Shown: positions 36,345-45,913, counted from the stretch's first letter. The stretch: 64,000 nt of DNA from Alphaproteobacteria bacterium (GCA_017853315.1 JAFMJW010000002.1:8818-72817); one strand, 5' to 3'. Made by a program: numbers and translations. Notes: generated by a model not told the origin, from the letters alone.

Positions 36345-37489
36345 CGGGGGGACCCTAGCAGAGGTCCGCCGTGCCGAGGAACCGATTTTCGAGGCGGTTC
36401 GACCGAAGCGGGCCGGGCCGGGTCTCGCGGATGCGCCGGGAGCCCGTCGAGCAGCCCGCGCTCGTCCAGGAAGCGATCGACCCGCGAGGCCAGCCAGCGG
36501 TTTCCCTCCGGCGCCAGGTGGATGTCGCGCTCGAAGAAGAGGCCGCGTCCGGCCGCGGGGTCGGCCGGCGGCCGGATCTCGCGGCCCGCGTCGAGGACCG
36601 CGACGCCCGCCTGCTCGAGGCGGCGGAGCAGGTCGGCCCACAGCGCGGCCGAGTCGCCCCGGAGATCCTCCTTGCACGGCATGACCACCGCGGCCCTGCG
36701 CGGGTCGCCGGGGATCGGCTCGCGCGCCAGTGCTGCGACGATCTTGTCGCGCTGCCACGCGGTCGTCCCGGCCCAGTCGAGGGGCGGCAGCTGGCCGAAG
36801 GGGTCACGGTGTCGCACCGAGCCGGCGAGCGCTCGCCAGAGGCGCAGCCCGCGCAGCAGGTCCGGCGTCGCGGCCTTCAGGCGCACCTGGAGCGCGATCC
36901 AGTTGCGCGACGGGTCGAGCGGCACGAGCCGTCCGTCGCGCAGGTCCCACAGCGGCACGTCCCAGTCCGAGGCGACGTCGGTGCAGTGCAGCCCGAAGAG
37001 CACGAGGTCGGGCGCGAGCCGCGCCGACCACTTCTGCGCCGCGCGAAATCCCTGGTCGAAGCCGTACCCGGGCACGCCCGCGTTCAGCACCTCGACGGGG
37101 CGTCCGTCCGCAGCGCGCCTCGCGGCGAGCACCGACTCCCAGGCCTGGTCGTCGTCGACGCCGGTGCCGAAGGTGAACGAGTCGCCCGTGGCGAGGATCC
37201 GCGGACGGTCCCGCGACTCGACGGGATCCCCGCCGCGCAGCCCGCTCGAGCCGACGTGCACGTGCTCGTCGAACTCGTCGGTGCTGCGGCTCACGTCGAT
37301 GCCGGGGCGAAGGCTCCAGACCGTGTCCGGGTCGGGCCGGCAGCAGGTGCGCGACCGCACCGCGTAGTGGATGCGGTCGTCGACGTCGGGGGCGAGGAAG
37401 CCGACGAGCCCCTCCGCGAGCGCGATCCCGACCGCGAGCGAGAGCAACGAGAGGAGGACGCGGGCGGCGCGCGAGCCGGACCTCGTCAC
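36341..37489 (-). CDS. Membrane-anchored SGNH/GDSL-type esterase or acyltransferase, paralog C
   Basis: GTG 37489 overlaps the upstream stop as GTGA. The anchor is VLLSLLSLAVGIALAEGLVGF. Motifs: ILATGDSFTFGTG, NAGVPGYG, FERDIHLAPEGNRWLASRV. Only the last 382 codons of tracked ORF 36341..41356 are real. Confidence 0.7.
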   Translation of the reverse strand: MTRSGSRAARVLLSLLSLAVGIALAEGLVGFLAPDVDDRIHYAVRSRTCCRPDPDTVWSLRPGIDVSRSTDEFDEHVHVGSSGLRGGDPVESRDRPRILATGDSFTFGTGVDDDQAWESVLAARRAADGRPVEVLNAGVPGYGFDQGFRAAQKWSARLAPDLVLFGLHCTDVASDWDVPLWDLRDGRLVPLDPSRNWIALQVRLKAATPDLLRGLRLWRALAGSVRHRDPFGQLPPLDWAGTTAWQRDKIVAALAREPIPGDPRRAAVVMPCKEDLRGDSAALWADLLRRLEQAGVAVLDAGREIRPPADPAAGRGLFFERDIHLAPEGNRWLASRVDRFLDERGLLDGLPAHPRDPARPASVEPPRKSVPRHGGPLLGSPR

Positions 37490-39690
37490 GGGCCGTCCAC
37501 GCCCCCCGCGGGCCCGTCGCCCGGCGGCGGCGCTTCGTCGCGGGAGTCGCGCACCGCCGCGTCGCGCGTGCCGACGTCCGTCGGCGACGGCGCCGCGTCG
37601 CCGGAAGCGTCGGCGGCCGGCACGACGGCCTCCGGCGAGGCGGCCGCCGACGGCATCGGTACCGGTGTCGGTGTCGCCTCGGCCGGGAAGCACTCGGCGG
37701 CGGTCGGCACCTGCCCGGCCCGGATCCGCACGAGCCGGTCGCGGAACGCGCGCGAACCCGCGAGTTCGGCCGGGCTCGCGCGTCCCTCGCGAAGTCGCCG
37801 CAGCTCGGCGGGGCCGCCGTCGTAGAGCGCCTCGATCTCCGCCGCCTCGCGGAGCGCTCCGTCCGCCCCCTCGGCCGACGGAGACGGCGCGGCTTCCTCG
37901 CCCGTCGAGCGAAGGCCGGGGCTCGCGAGCCGCGCCGCGATCTCCGCGCCGGCCCGCGCGTTGTAGCCGGGATCGCCGCGCAGCAGCGACGGGTCGAAGA
38001 AGCCGCGCCACACGCGCGGGTCGACGCCGAGCCAGCCCACGCCGCCCGCGGGCGAGGCGAACGACACGACCTGCTCCCCGCGCACGAGCCAGAAGCGCCA
38101 GCAGGAGCGCTGCCAGGCGAGAGCCGGGACGATCGTGGCCAGCGAGGGAGGCGAACCGGGCGACGATGCGGCGACCTCGGTGACCGCGACCGCGAGGCCG
38201 TCGCGCGCGGTCGCGAGGTAGGCGTCGGCGTCCGCAGCGGTCGGGACCCAGCGAGCGAGCCGCGCGAGCGGGTCGGGAGTCGGGGCCGCGGTCGGCTCGG
38301 ACGTCGGCTCCGTCACCCCGGGGTCGCCCGTTGCGCCGACGCCCGCGGGGGACGGCGCCGCCTCGGCCGGCGTCGGCTGCGGGCGCGGATCGGAGGCGCG
38401 CACCGCGGTCGGCGCGAGCGGCGCACCGAACCCGAAGAGCGTCCGCAGCCGGGGATCGACCTCGGTGCCCGCCGCGAGCGGGTCGCGCTCGACGTCGGGT
38501 GCGAGCAGCCGCGCGAGCGCGGCGAGCCCGTCGGGGGTCGCCTCGAAGGGCGAGTTCGCGCCGATCCCGGCGATCGCGCGGAGCGCGTCTCCCGCGGCGA
38601 GGAACGAGTCGTAGCGACCGCGCGCCTCGGGCGGGAGGTCCGCCGCCGCCCGTCGCACAGCGCCGGAGAGCGCGGGCCAGGTCCCGGCGAAGACGTCGCG
38701 CGCGGGCGCGGTCGGGTCCGCGGGCGCGGGTGCGGCGAGTTCCGCCGCCATCGCGTGCCGCTCCTCGAGCAGGACGGCGAACAGGGCCTCGCGCGCGGTG
38801 CGCGACGACGTCTCGTCCGCGGTGCTCTCCGCGACGAAGGTCGTGAACGCGTCGAGCCGCGCGAGCGAGTCGACGGAGACGGCCGCGCGCGCGGCGCCGT
38901 CCATGCCTTCGAAACGTGCGGCGGGAGCGGCCGCGTCGACGTCGAAGCGAATGCCGAGGTCGAGGCCGTCGGCAGCCACGGCGACCCGGTCGAAGCCGAT
39001 CGACTCGACCATGTGGCGGGCGACCTCCGCATCGTCGAGCGGCCCCGGCGCGAACTCGGGCAGGATCCGGTCGAGACCCGGCACGAGGTCGCCCGGCGAG
39101 AGCCGCAGGTCGGCGAAGCGAGGCTCGACGCGGTCGCGGAGCCATTCCCGCAGGGCGCCCTCGACCGGCTGCGCGCGCCCCGACGGGTCTTCGGCCGTCG
39201 CGGAGCGGACCTCGAACCCGAGCCGCCCCGACTCCCTCTCCGCGACCGGCTCGAGTCCGAGCGCGAAGGCGCCCGTCCAGTCGAACGGGAAGCTGCACCA
39301 CGAGCCGACCTGCCAGGACTTGCGGCCCTCCCCGCGCATGCGGACGACGACCGTCTCCCCGGAGACGCGGACCTCGGGATCGGAGAGGGTCAGGTGGTTG
39401 CACCCGGTCTCGTCGTCCCAGGCGCGTGCCGTGTCGGCGCCGTCGCGGAAGACGTGCTCGACGAGCACGCGGCGCAGGCGGGCGAGTTCGACGTGCGCGT
39501 CGAAGGGGATCCGTTCCGTCGCGGCGTGCGCGATCCCGAGGCCGCGGCCGGGGCCGGCGAGAGCGAGTGCGAGAGCCACGACGGCGGCGACGCTGCGCGC
39601 GCGCACGTTCGCGCGGAGCGCGGCGACGATCCGGGCCCGGGACGAACCCCGGGGCCCCGGGGCGCCATGCGCCGCTTCGCGAGCCTGCAT
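37486..39690 (-). CDS. Large secreted protein of unknown function with Pro/Ala-rich linkers and a possible degenerate SLT-like segment
   Basis: The start is proposed at ATG 39690, giving MQAREAAH...[24 protein letters not shown] as the signal peptide. The protein has 734 aa. See the findings for the SLT-like stretch. The start is uncertain. Confidence 0.55.
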   Translation of the reverse strand: MQAREAAHGAPGPRGSSRARIVAALRANVRARSVAAVVALALALAGPGRGLGIAHAATERIPFDAHVELARLRRVLVEHVFRDGADTARAWDDETGCNHLTLSDPEVRVSGETVVVRMRGEGRKSWQVGSWCSFPFDWTGAFALGLEPVAERESGRLGFEVRSATAEDPSGRAQPVEGALREWLRDRVEPRFADLRLSPGDLVPGLDRILPEFAPGPLDDAEVARHMVESIGFDRVAVAADGLDLGIRFDVDAAAPAARFEGMDGAARAAVSVDSLARLDAFTTFVAESTADETSSRTAREALFAVLLEERHAMAAELAAPAPADPTAPARDVFAGTWPALSGAVRRAAADLPPEARGRYDSFLAAGDALRAIAGIGANSPFEATPDGLAALARLLAPDVERDPLAAGTEVDPRLRTLFGFGAPLAPTAVRASDPRPQPTPAEAAPSPAGVGATGDPGVTEPTSEPTAAPTPDPLARLARWVPTAADADAYLATARDGLAVAVTEVAASSPGSPPSLATIVPALAWQRSCWRFWLVRGEQVVSFASPAGGVGWLGVDPRVWRGFFDPSLLRGDPGYNARAGAEIAARLASPGLRSTGEEAAPSPSAEGADGALREAAEIEALYDGGPAELRRLREGRASPAELAGSRAFRDRLVRIRAGQVPTAAECFPAEATPTPVPMPSAAASPEAVVPAADASGDAAPSPTDVGTRDAAVRDSRDEAPPPGDGPAGGVDGP

Positions 39691-39871
39691 GTCGAGAGCG
39701 TCCACGAGGCCTCCGAGGATAGCGGGCGCGGGCCGCGCTGGGGAGCGCGCGGCCGGGCGCCTCGCCCGGCCGCGGCCGCTTCGGCCGCCCGCAGCCGCTC
39801 GAGGCCGCAGGGCGCGGCTTGGCAGCCCGGGGCCGCCTGTCGTAACGAGGGCCACGGGGAGGGTGGCGCCG

Positions 39872-41893
39872 ATGATGCGATGGCTTGGATGGGGGGCGGT
39901 GGCGGCGATCGGCGCCACGGCGGTGGGCGTGCTCGCCCTCTCCCGGGGCGAGACGATCGACGCGACCTGGTTCGTGGTCGCGGCCGTCGCGACCTACGCG
40001 ATCGCCTACCGCTGGTACAGCGCGTTTCTCGCCGTGAAGGTCTTCGCCCTCGACCACGACAACGAGACCCCGGCCCATCGCCTGTCCGACGGACGCGACT
40101 ACGTGCCGACGAACCGCTGGGTCGTCTTCGGCCACCACTTCGCCGCGATCGCAGGCCCCGGCCCGCTGATCGGCCCGACGCTCGCCGCGCAGTTCGGCTA
40201 CCTGCCGGGCACGCTCTGGATCCTCTTCGGGGTCGTGCTCGGCGGGGCCGTGCAGGACTTCTGCGTGCTCTGCGGCAGCCTGCGCAGCGACGGCCGCTCG
40301 CTCGGGCAGATGGCGAAGGACGAGATCGGTCCGGTGGGCGGCTTCGCGGCGATGGTCGGCGTGTTCTCGATCATGGTGATCCTGATCGCGGTGCTGGCGC
40401 TCGTCGTCGTGAACGCGCTGAACCACAGCCCCTGGGGCACGGTCACCGTCGGGCTCACGATCCCGATCGCGATGGTCATGGGCGCGTGGATGCGCTGGAT
40501 CCGCCCGCACGACGTGACGGGCGGCACGATCCTGGGCCTCGTCCTGCTGGCCCTCGCACTCGTCGCCGGGCGGTGGGTCGGCGAGCACCCCGTCCTCGGG
40601 CCGATGTTCACGCTGCGCTCGACCACGCTCGCCTGGTCGATCATCGCCTACGGCTTCGCCGCCTCGGTCGTGCCGGTCTGGCTGCTGCTCGCGCCGCGCG
40701 ACTATCTCTCCACCTTCGTCAAGCTCGGCACGATCGCCCTGCTGGCGGTCGGGATCGTCGCGATCCGTCCCGAGATCCGGTTGCCCGCGCTCACACGCTT
40801 CACCGACGGCAACGGGCCGATCTTCGCGGGCACGATCTTCCCGTTCTGCTTCATCACGATCGCCTGCGGGGCGATCTCGGGCTTCCACTCGCTCATCTCG
40901 TCGGGCACGACGCCCAAGTTGCTCGGCGACGAGACCGACGCGCCGATGATCGGCTACGGCGCGATGCTGCTCGAGTCGTTCGTCGCGATCATGGCGATGA
41001 TCGCCGCGGCGGCGCTCGACCCGGGCGTCTACTTCGCGATCAACAGCCCGGCCGGCGCGGTCGGCGCCGACCCCGCGACGGCGGCCGCGACGATCAGCGG
41101 CTGGGGATTCCCGGTCACGCCCGAGTCGATGCAGGACCTCGCGACCGCGATCGGGGAGAGCACGCTCTTCGCGCGCACCGGCGGCGCCCCGAGCCTCGCG
41201 GTCGGCATGGCCGCGATCTTCGGCCGCTGGCTCGGCGGAGCGGCACTCGCCTTCTGGTACCACTTCGCGATCATGTTCGAGGCCCTGTTCATCCTGACGA
41301 CGCTGGACGCGGGCACCCGGGTGGGCCGCATGATGCTGCAGGACCTGCTCGGCCACTTCTGGGAGCCGCTCGGCCGAGGCGACTGGTGGCCGGCGGTCGT
41401 GGTCTCGAGCGCGATCGTCGTCTCGGCCTGGGGCTACTTCCTCTACCAGGGCGTGATCGACCCGCTCGGCGGCATCAACATCCTGTGGCCGCTGTTCGGC
41501 ATCGCGAACCAGCTGCTGGCCGCGATCGCGCTCGTCGTCGCGACGAGCTTCATCATCCGCAACGGCAAGTCGCGCTACGCGTGGACGACGCTCGTGCCGC
41601 TCGGCTGGCTGCTCGCGGTGACGATGACCGCGGGCTGGCTCAAGATCGCCTCGCCCGACCCGAAGCTGGGCTTCCTCTCGGGGGCCTCGAAGATCGCGGC
41701 CGGGCTCGCGGACGCCGCGCCCGAGAAGCTCGCGACGATGCGTGCGCAGGTGTTCAACCTGCGCCTCGACGCGGTCCTCACCGGCTGTTTCATGGCGCTC
41801 GTGCTGCTGATCCTGGCCGAAGCGGTGCGCGCCTGGCGGCGCGAACTCGCCCGGCTGCGCACGCCCCCGCCCCGCCTCGGCGCCGCCGCCTGA
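39872..41893 (+). CDS. cstA: Carbon starvation protein A (peptide/pyruvate transporter family)
   Basis: ATG 39872 lies in frame within ORF 38798..41893. Family segments: [61 protein letters not shown]. 673 aa and polytopic. Confidence 0.92.
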   Translation: MMRWLGWGAVAAIGATAVGVLALSRGETIDATWFVVAAVATYAIAYRWYSAFLAVKVFALDHDNETPAHRLSDGRDYVPTNRWVVFGHHFAAIAGPGPLIGPTLAAQFGYLPGTLWILFGVVLGGAVQDFCVLCGSLRSDGRSLGQMAKDEIGPVGGFAAMVGVFSIMVILIAVLALVVVNALNHSPWGTVTVGLTIPIAMVMGAWMRWIRPHDVTGGTILGLVLLALALVAGRWVGEHPVLGPMFTLRSTTLAWSIIAYGFAASVVPVWLLLAPRDYLSTFVKLGTIALLAVGIVAIRPEIRLPALTRFTDGNGPIFAGTIFPFCFITIACGAISGFHSLISSGTTPKLLGDETDAPMIGYGAMLLESFVAIMAMIAAAALDPGVYFAINSPAGAVGADPATAAATISGWGFPVTPESMQDLATAIGESTLFARTGGAPSLAVGMAAIFGRWLGGAALAFWYHFAIMFEALFILTTLDAGTRVGRMMLQDLLGHFWEPLGRGDWWPAVVVSSAIVVSAWGYFLYQGVIDPLGGINILWPLFGIANQLLAAIALVVATSFIIRNGKSRYAWTTLVPLGWLLAVTMTAGWLKIASPDPKLGFLSGASKIAAGLADAAPEKLATMRAQVFNLRLDAVLTGCFMALVLLILAEAVRAWRRELARLRTPPPRLGAAA

Positions 41894-41900
41894 GCCGGTC

Positions 41901-42494
41901 TCAGCCGGCGCCGGCCAGCCGGGCGCCGATCGCGGCCGTGAACGCGGCGGCGGGCACCATCGCGATCGCCGTGCACCAGAGGAGCCTCGCGTAGGGCACG
42001 CCGAGTGCGCCGGCCGCGAGATTCACGAGCGAGCTCGAGACCGGGATCCAGTGCCCGACGATCAGGACCGCCGGGTGGCCGAGCGGCAGGCGCCGCAGCC
42101 AGGCCGGGAGCCGCTCGCTCTCGGCCGCGAGACCGAAGTCGCTTCCCGTGCGGCGCCCGATCGCGAACTCGATCGAAGCGGTGAGCATCCAGGTCGCCCA
42201 GCTCACGGCCGCGCCGGACGCGAATCCGAAGAACGTCCCGTTCAGGACGGCGCACGGCACGAAGTCGCTCGCCGGCGAGAGCGTCACGAGCAGCTGCAGC
42301 GGGAGCCATGCCGCGATCCACGCCGAGCCCCATCGGGCCTGCAACGCGGTCGGCCCGCCTTGCGCCCGAATCCAGAGGATCGCCGCTCCGCCCAGCAGGA
42401 GCGCGGTGACGAGGGCCGCGGGCCCCCGCCAGCGGGCCGCACCCGTCGCGACGCGGGCCGCGGTCGCGGCCGACGCGCCGGCCGGCGGGCTCAC
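41901..42494 (-). CDS. DedA/TVP38-TMEM64 (VTT-domain) family membrane protein
   Basis: GTG 42494 overlaps the regulator's stop as GTGA. The 197 aa contain 4-5 TM helices. The family segment is NGTFFGFASGAAVSWATWMLTASIEFAIGRRTG. Confidence 0.65.
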   Translation of the reverse strand: MSPPAGASAATAARVATGAARWRGPAALVTALLLGGAAILWIRAQGGPTALQARWGSAWIAAWLPLQLLVTLSPASDFVPCAVLNGTFFGFASGAAVSWATWMLTASIEFAIGRRTGSDFGLAAESERLPAWLRRLPLGHPAVLIVGHWIPVSSSLVNLAAGALGVPYARLLWCTAIAMVPAAAFTAAIGARLAGAG

Positions 42495-43183
42495 TTGCTC
42501 GCCGGCGCCCCGTTCGGCTGGCTGCGGACCCAGTCGGCGGCGTGACGCAGCAGCGAAGCCGCGTCCGCGAGGCCGAGCTTCCGCTTGATGTTCTCGCGGT
42601 GGCTCTCGATGGTCTTGAAGCTCACCCCGAGCTTCGTCGCGATCTTGCGGGTGCTGAGCCCACCCCCGAGCAGCGAGAAGACCTGGAGCTCGCGGTCCGA
42701 GAGGCTCGCCACGTCCCCGTGCTGGGAGTTGGTCGGCTGCTCGAGCAGCTTGTGCAGGACGAGCACCGCCATCTTGCGGGTGACGTAGAGCTCGCCCTTC
42801 AGGACCGTGCGGATCGCGGAGAGGACCTCCTCGGCCGCCTCCTCCTTCATGAGGTAGCCGCTGCCGCCCGCGCGCAGCACGCGCTCGGCGTAGACGGTCT
42901 CGTCGAACTGCGAGATCGCGAGCATCGGCATGTCCGGGTAGTCGGACTTGACGGCCTTGATCAGGTCGAGACCGTCCTCGTTCGCGAGCCGCATGTCGAC
43001 CAGGATCAGGTCCGGCTTGCTCTCGGGGATCGACTTCAGCGTCGACTTCAAGTCCTCGGCCTCGCCGCAGCAGAGCATGTCGTCCTGCCCGTCGATCAGC
43101 TGCCCGATCCCCTGCCGGAAGATCGGGTGGTCGTCGACGATCAGGATGCGGAACTTCTTGTCGGTCTGGTTCTCGCCGCTCAT
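42491..43183 (-). CDS. NarL/FixJ-type response regulator (REC + LuxR HTH)
   Basis: The product starts MSGENQTDKKFRILIVDDHPIF. The acceptor Asp lies in DLILVDMRL. The HTH is LSDRELQVFSLLGGGLSTRKIATKLGVSFKTIESHRENIKRKLG. The start overlaps the kinase stop as ATGA. Confidence 0.92.
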   Translation of the reverse strand: MSGENQTDKKFRILIVDDHPIFRQGIGQLIDGQDDMLCCGEAEDLKSTLKSIPESKPDLILVDMRLANEDGLDLIKAVKSDYPDMPMLAISQFDETVYAERVLRAGGSGYLMKEEAAEEVLSAIRTVLKGELYVTRKMAVLVLHKLLEQPTNSQHGDVASLSDRELQVFSLLGGGLSTRKIATKLGVSFKTIESHRENIKRKLGLADAASLLRHAADWVRSQPNGAPASK

Positions 43184-45180
43184 GACGGGTTCGCTCCTGC
43201 CCGCTCGATCTCGGGGGCTGCACTCGTGGCCGGGCACACGACGCGGATCTCCGTTCCGCGACCCGGCTCCGAGTCGATGTAGACGTCTCCGCCCACGGTG
43301 TGGGCCCGGTAGCGCATGATGCGCAGCCCCATCCCGGAGGACTCCGAGGACGGGGAGGAGTTCGTGGCGAAGGGCTCGGTGTGCCGGAAGCCCTTGCCGT
43401 CGTCCTTCACGACCAGCTGGACGGTCTCGGCATCGGCCTCGAGGCGGACGTCCACGTTCTTCGCCTGTCCGTGGCGGATCGCGTTGTGGATGGCCTCCTG
43501 CGCGATGCGGTAGGTCTCGCGCGCGACCGCGAGGTCGACGTCCGGCTCGGCCGGCCGCGAGGCGAAGTCGCAGCGGATCCCGTAGGACTCGACCGTGTCG
43601 GAGGCGAGCTTCTCGAGCGCCTTGGAGAGCCCGAAGCGCTCGACGTCGACCGGGTCGAGGCCGCGGGCGAGCCGGCGCACCTGGCTCATCGCGCCCGCGA
43701 GCAGCTTCACGATCTCCGCGGCCTGCCCGGCGAGCGGCCCGGAGTCGACCTTGCCGAGGCCCTGCTCGAGGGCCTTCGCCTTGAAGGCGACGCCGCCCAG
43801 GTAGGAGCCGAGTCCGTCGTGGAGGTCGTGTCCGATGCGGTGCTGCTCGTGGGCGGCCGCCTCGATGACGGCGGCCTCGAGCCGCTTGCGCTCGCTGATG
43901 TCGTGGAACCAGCCGAAGACGAATCCTTGCCCGGCGTGGTCCACGTAGTTGAGCGAGATCTCGACCGGGACGAGCCGCCCGTCGGCGGTGCGCACGCGCG
44001 TCTCGAAGACGCGGGGGCGTCCGTCGTGGCGGATGTCCTCGAACACCCGGTCGAAGCTGCTCTGCTCGAAGTCGGGCGCCACGTCGCCGACGTCCATGCC
44101 GATCAGCTGCCCGAGCGAGCGGCCGAGGAACGTGCACGCCGCGTCGTTCAGGAAGGTGAAGCGATAACCCTCGTCGGGGACGATCATGTAGAGCGGGTCC
44201 CAACTCACCTTCGCGCACTTGCGGAACAGCGCCGCGATCTCCTGGCTCTCCTTGCGCGCGGTGATGTCGGTCTCGATCGCCATGTAGTTGACGACCTCGC
44301 CGTTCTCGTCGTGGATCGGCTGGGCCTCGATCGCGAGCCAGTAGCGCCGCCCGTACTTGCTGTAGTTCACGACCTCGACGTTGAAGCCCTCGCCCTCGGC
44401 GAGTCGGCTCCGCATGTAGGCGACGGTCGTCGGGTCGGTATCGGGCCCCTGGAGCAGCCGGCCGGGGACGGTCCCCTTCACCTCCTCGAGCGTGTAGCCC
44501 GTGATCCGCTCGAAGCCGTCGTTCACCCACTCCACCCGGACCTGCGAGTCCGTCAGGATCACGGCGTTGTCGGTGCGCGACGCGATGAGCGCGAGCTTGC
44601 GCGCCTCCGCTTCCTGGGCCCGGATCTGCTCGTGGGCCGCCTGCAGGGACGAGTTGCGCTCGGCAAGGCTCTCGTTCGCCGTTCGCAGCTCCGAGCGCTG
44701 CTCGGTGAGCGTCGCGGCCATGCGCTTCAGGTCGTCGTAGGCGGCCTTCTGGGCCTGCACCAGGTGGACCAGGTCGACGATCGGGTCGTGGATCGCGAAG
44801 TCCGAGAGGAGGAGCCCGAGCTTCCCGATCTGCTCGGGGTCGGTGATCCAGGGCGAGCCCAGGAACAGCATCAGCTCCTGCCCGTCCTCCCAGAGCATCT
44901 GCCCGCGCAGCACGACGTCGGTTCCGAGCGGCGCGAGCAGGAAGAGATTGCGCTGGTTGCGGATGAAACCCGCGAGGTCGGCGACGCCCTCCGGCCGCAG
45001 GACGCGGAACACGTCCCCGAAGCCCTGCCCGGGCACGGCGGAAGGGAGCATCTTCGCGAGCGTCGACCCGACGCCGACGATGCGGAGATCGCGATCGAAC
45101 GCGACGTGGAAGGGAAAGACGCGATCGAGATCGCCCAGCGCCATCCGGGGCGGGGTCGAGCTTGCCGAGGCGACCTTCAT
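43180..45180 (-). CDS. Sensor histidine kinase: H-NOX-associated (HNOBA) domain, coiled coil, PAS, PAS, HisKA_3, HATPase
   Basis: ATG 45180 overlaps the H-NOX stop as ATGA. HNOBA segments are FPFHVAFDRDLRIVGVG, LRGQMLWEDGQELMLFLGSPWI and LSDFAIHDPIVDLVHLV. There are two PAS domains. The H-box is HEQHRIGHDLHDGLGSYL, with N-, G1- and G2-boxes EAIHNAIRHG, DDGKGF and GMGLRIM. 666 aa. Confidence 0.9.
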   Translation of the reverse strand: MKVASASSTPPRMALGDLDRVFPFHVAFDRDLRIVGVGSTLAKMLPSAVPGQGFGDVFRVLRPEGVADLAGFIRNQRNLFLLAPLGTDVVLRGQMLWEDGQELMLFLGSPWITDPEQIGKLGLLLSDFAIHDPIVDLVHLVQAQKAAYDDLKRMAATLTEQRSELRTANESLAERNSSLQAAHEQIRAQEAEARKLALIASRTDNAVILTDSQVRVEWVNDGFERITGYTLEEVKGTVPGRLLQGPDTDPTTVAYMRSRLAEGEGFNVEVVNYSKYGRRYWLAIEAQPIHDENGEVVNYMAIETDITARKESQEIAALFRKCAKVSWDPLYMIVPDEGYRFTFLNDAACTFLGRSLGQLIGMDVGDVAPDFEQSSFDRVFEDIRHDGRPRVFETRVRTADGRLVPVEISLNYVDHAGQGFVFGWFHDISERKRLEAAVIEAAAHEQHRIGHDLHDGLGSYLGGVAFKAKALEQGLGKVDSGPLAGQAAEIVKLLAGAMSQVRRLARGLDPVDVERFGLSKALEKLASDTVESYGIRCDFASRPAEPDVDLAVARETYRIAQEAIHNAIRHGQAKNVDVRLEADAETVQLVVKDDGKGFRHTEPFATNSSPSSESSGMGLRIMRYRAHTVGGDVYIDSEPGRGTEIRVVCPATSAAPEIERAGANPS

Positions 45181-45737
45181 CCCGCGGCCCCGGGACCCCA
45201 CGTGACGCGAAAGACGTCGTGGTCCGCGCCCTTCTCGCGATCCTGCACCTGTTCGACCCGCACCGGAGTGTCGAAGCGCTTTCCGAGCCCGATGACGAGC
45301 CCCTTCACCATCGGGCCGAGCCCCGGCCGCTCCGTGTGGTGGTGGAGCAGCATCGAGTTCTCGGTGACCTCGCCGCACTCGAAGCGAGGCGGCTTCAGGT
45401 TCGGGAAGATCATCCCGACCCGGGTGTGCATCTGGTTCAGGTTCATCAGGAACTCGGGCAGCGAGCCGCCCGCCGCGTCGAGGATCGCGCCGTAGCCGTC
45501 GGGGGCGGTGTGGAGGACCCAGTGGACCCCGAACGCCTCGAGGATGTCGGCCGCCGACGCACCCAGGACTTCGCTCGCCGCTCCGACCAGGGCGTAGGTC
45601 ATCTCGTCGGGATAGCCCTCGGTGCTGACGAAGACTTCGACGTCGATGCCGGCACGCTCCTTGATCCGTCGCCAGGTCTCGCCGCCGTGGTTCATGCGGA
45701 CGAGGTCCTCGACGGCCTTGTTCACCATGCCGTACAC
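45177..45737 (-). CDS. Stand-alone H-NOX (heme nitric oxide/oxygen binding) sensor protein
   Basis: Proposed GTG start at 45737 gives xYGMVNKAVEDLV, matching the family start MYG[FLM]VN. The alignment with sGC beta1 H-NOX is colinear (YPDEMTYALVGAASEVLG, PEFLMNLNQMH with the proximal His at residue 104, LLHHHTERPGL). 186 aa. An alternative ATG lies at 45728. Confidence 0.85.
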   Translation of the reverse strand: MYGMVNKAVEDLVRMNHGGETWRRIKERAGIDVEVFVSTEGYPDEMTYALVGAASEVLGASAADILEAFGVHWVLHTAPDGYGAILDAAGGSLPEFLMNLNQMHTRVGMIFPNLKPPRFECGEVTENSMLLHHHTERPGLGPMVKGLVIGLGKRFDTPVRVEQVQDREKGADHDVFRVTWGPGAAG

Positions 45738-45913
45738 GGGGCACCCCCATTCGTCGGCCGCAGCCCCTCGGGCCGAGGCGCCACACTGACCGACAGTATG
45801 TATCGGCAGGGTTCCGATTCGCGCAAGCATCGAGTCCGGGCCCCCGAGGCGCACCCCGGGGCGGCTGCGCCGGGCCTTCCGGCCGAACCCCGGGGCGAGG
45901 GCGACGGTCCGCA

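Noticed and set aside
36341-41356. 1671-aa minus-strand ORF
   Set aside because: Only the last 382 codons (SGNH paralog C) are credible. Upstream it runs out of frame through the secreted-protein gene and antisense to cstA.
45738-45913. Locally AT-richer patch (..ccgacagtatgtatcggcag.., about 45790-45810) in the H-NOX/ligase divergent spacer, considered as an operator palindrome
   Set aside because: Only the outer 4 bp (CCGA/TCGG) are self-complementary. It may simply contain -10-like elements for the divergent promoters. There is not enough evidence to call a site.
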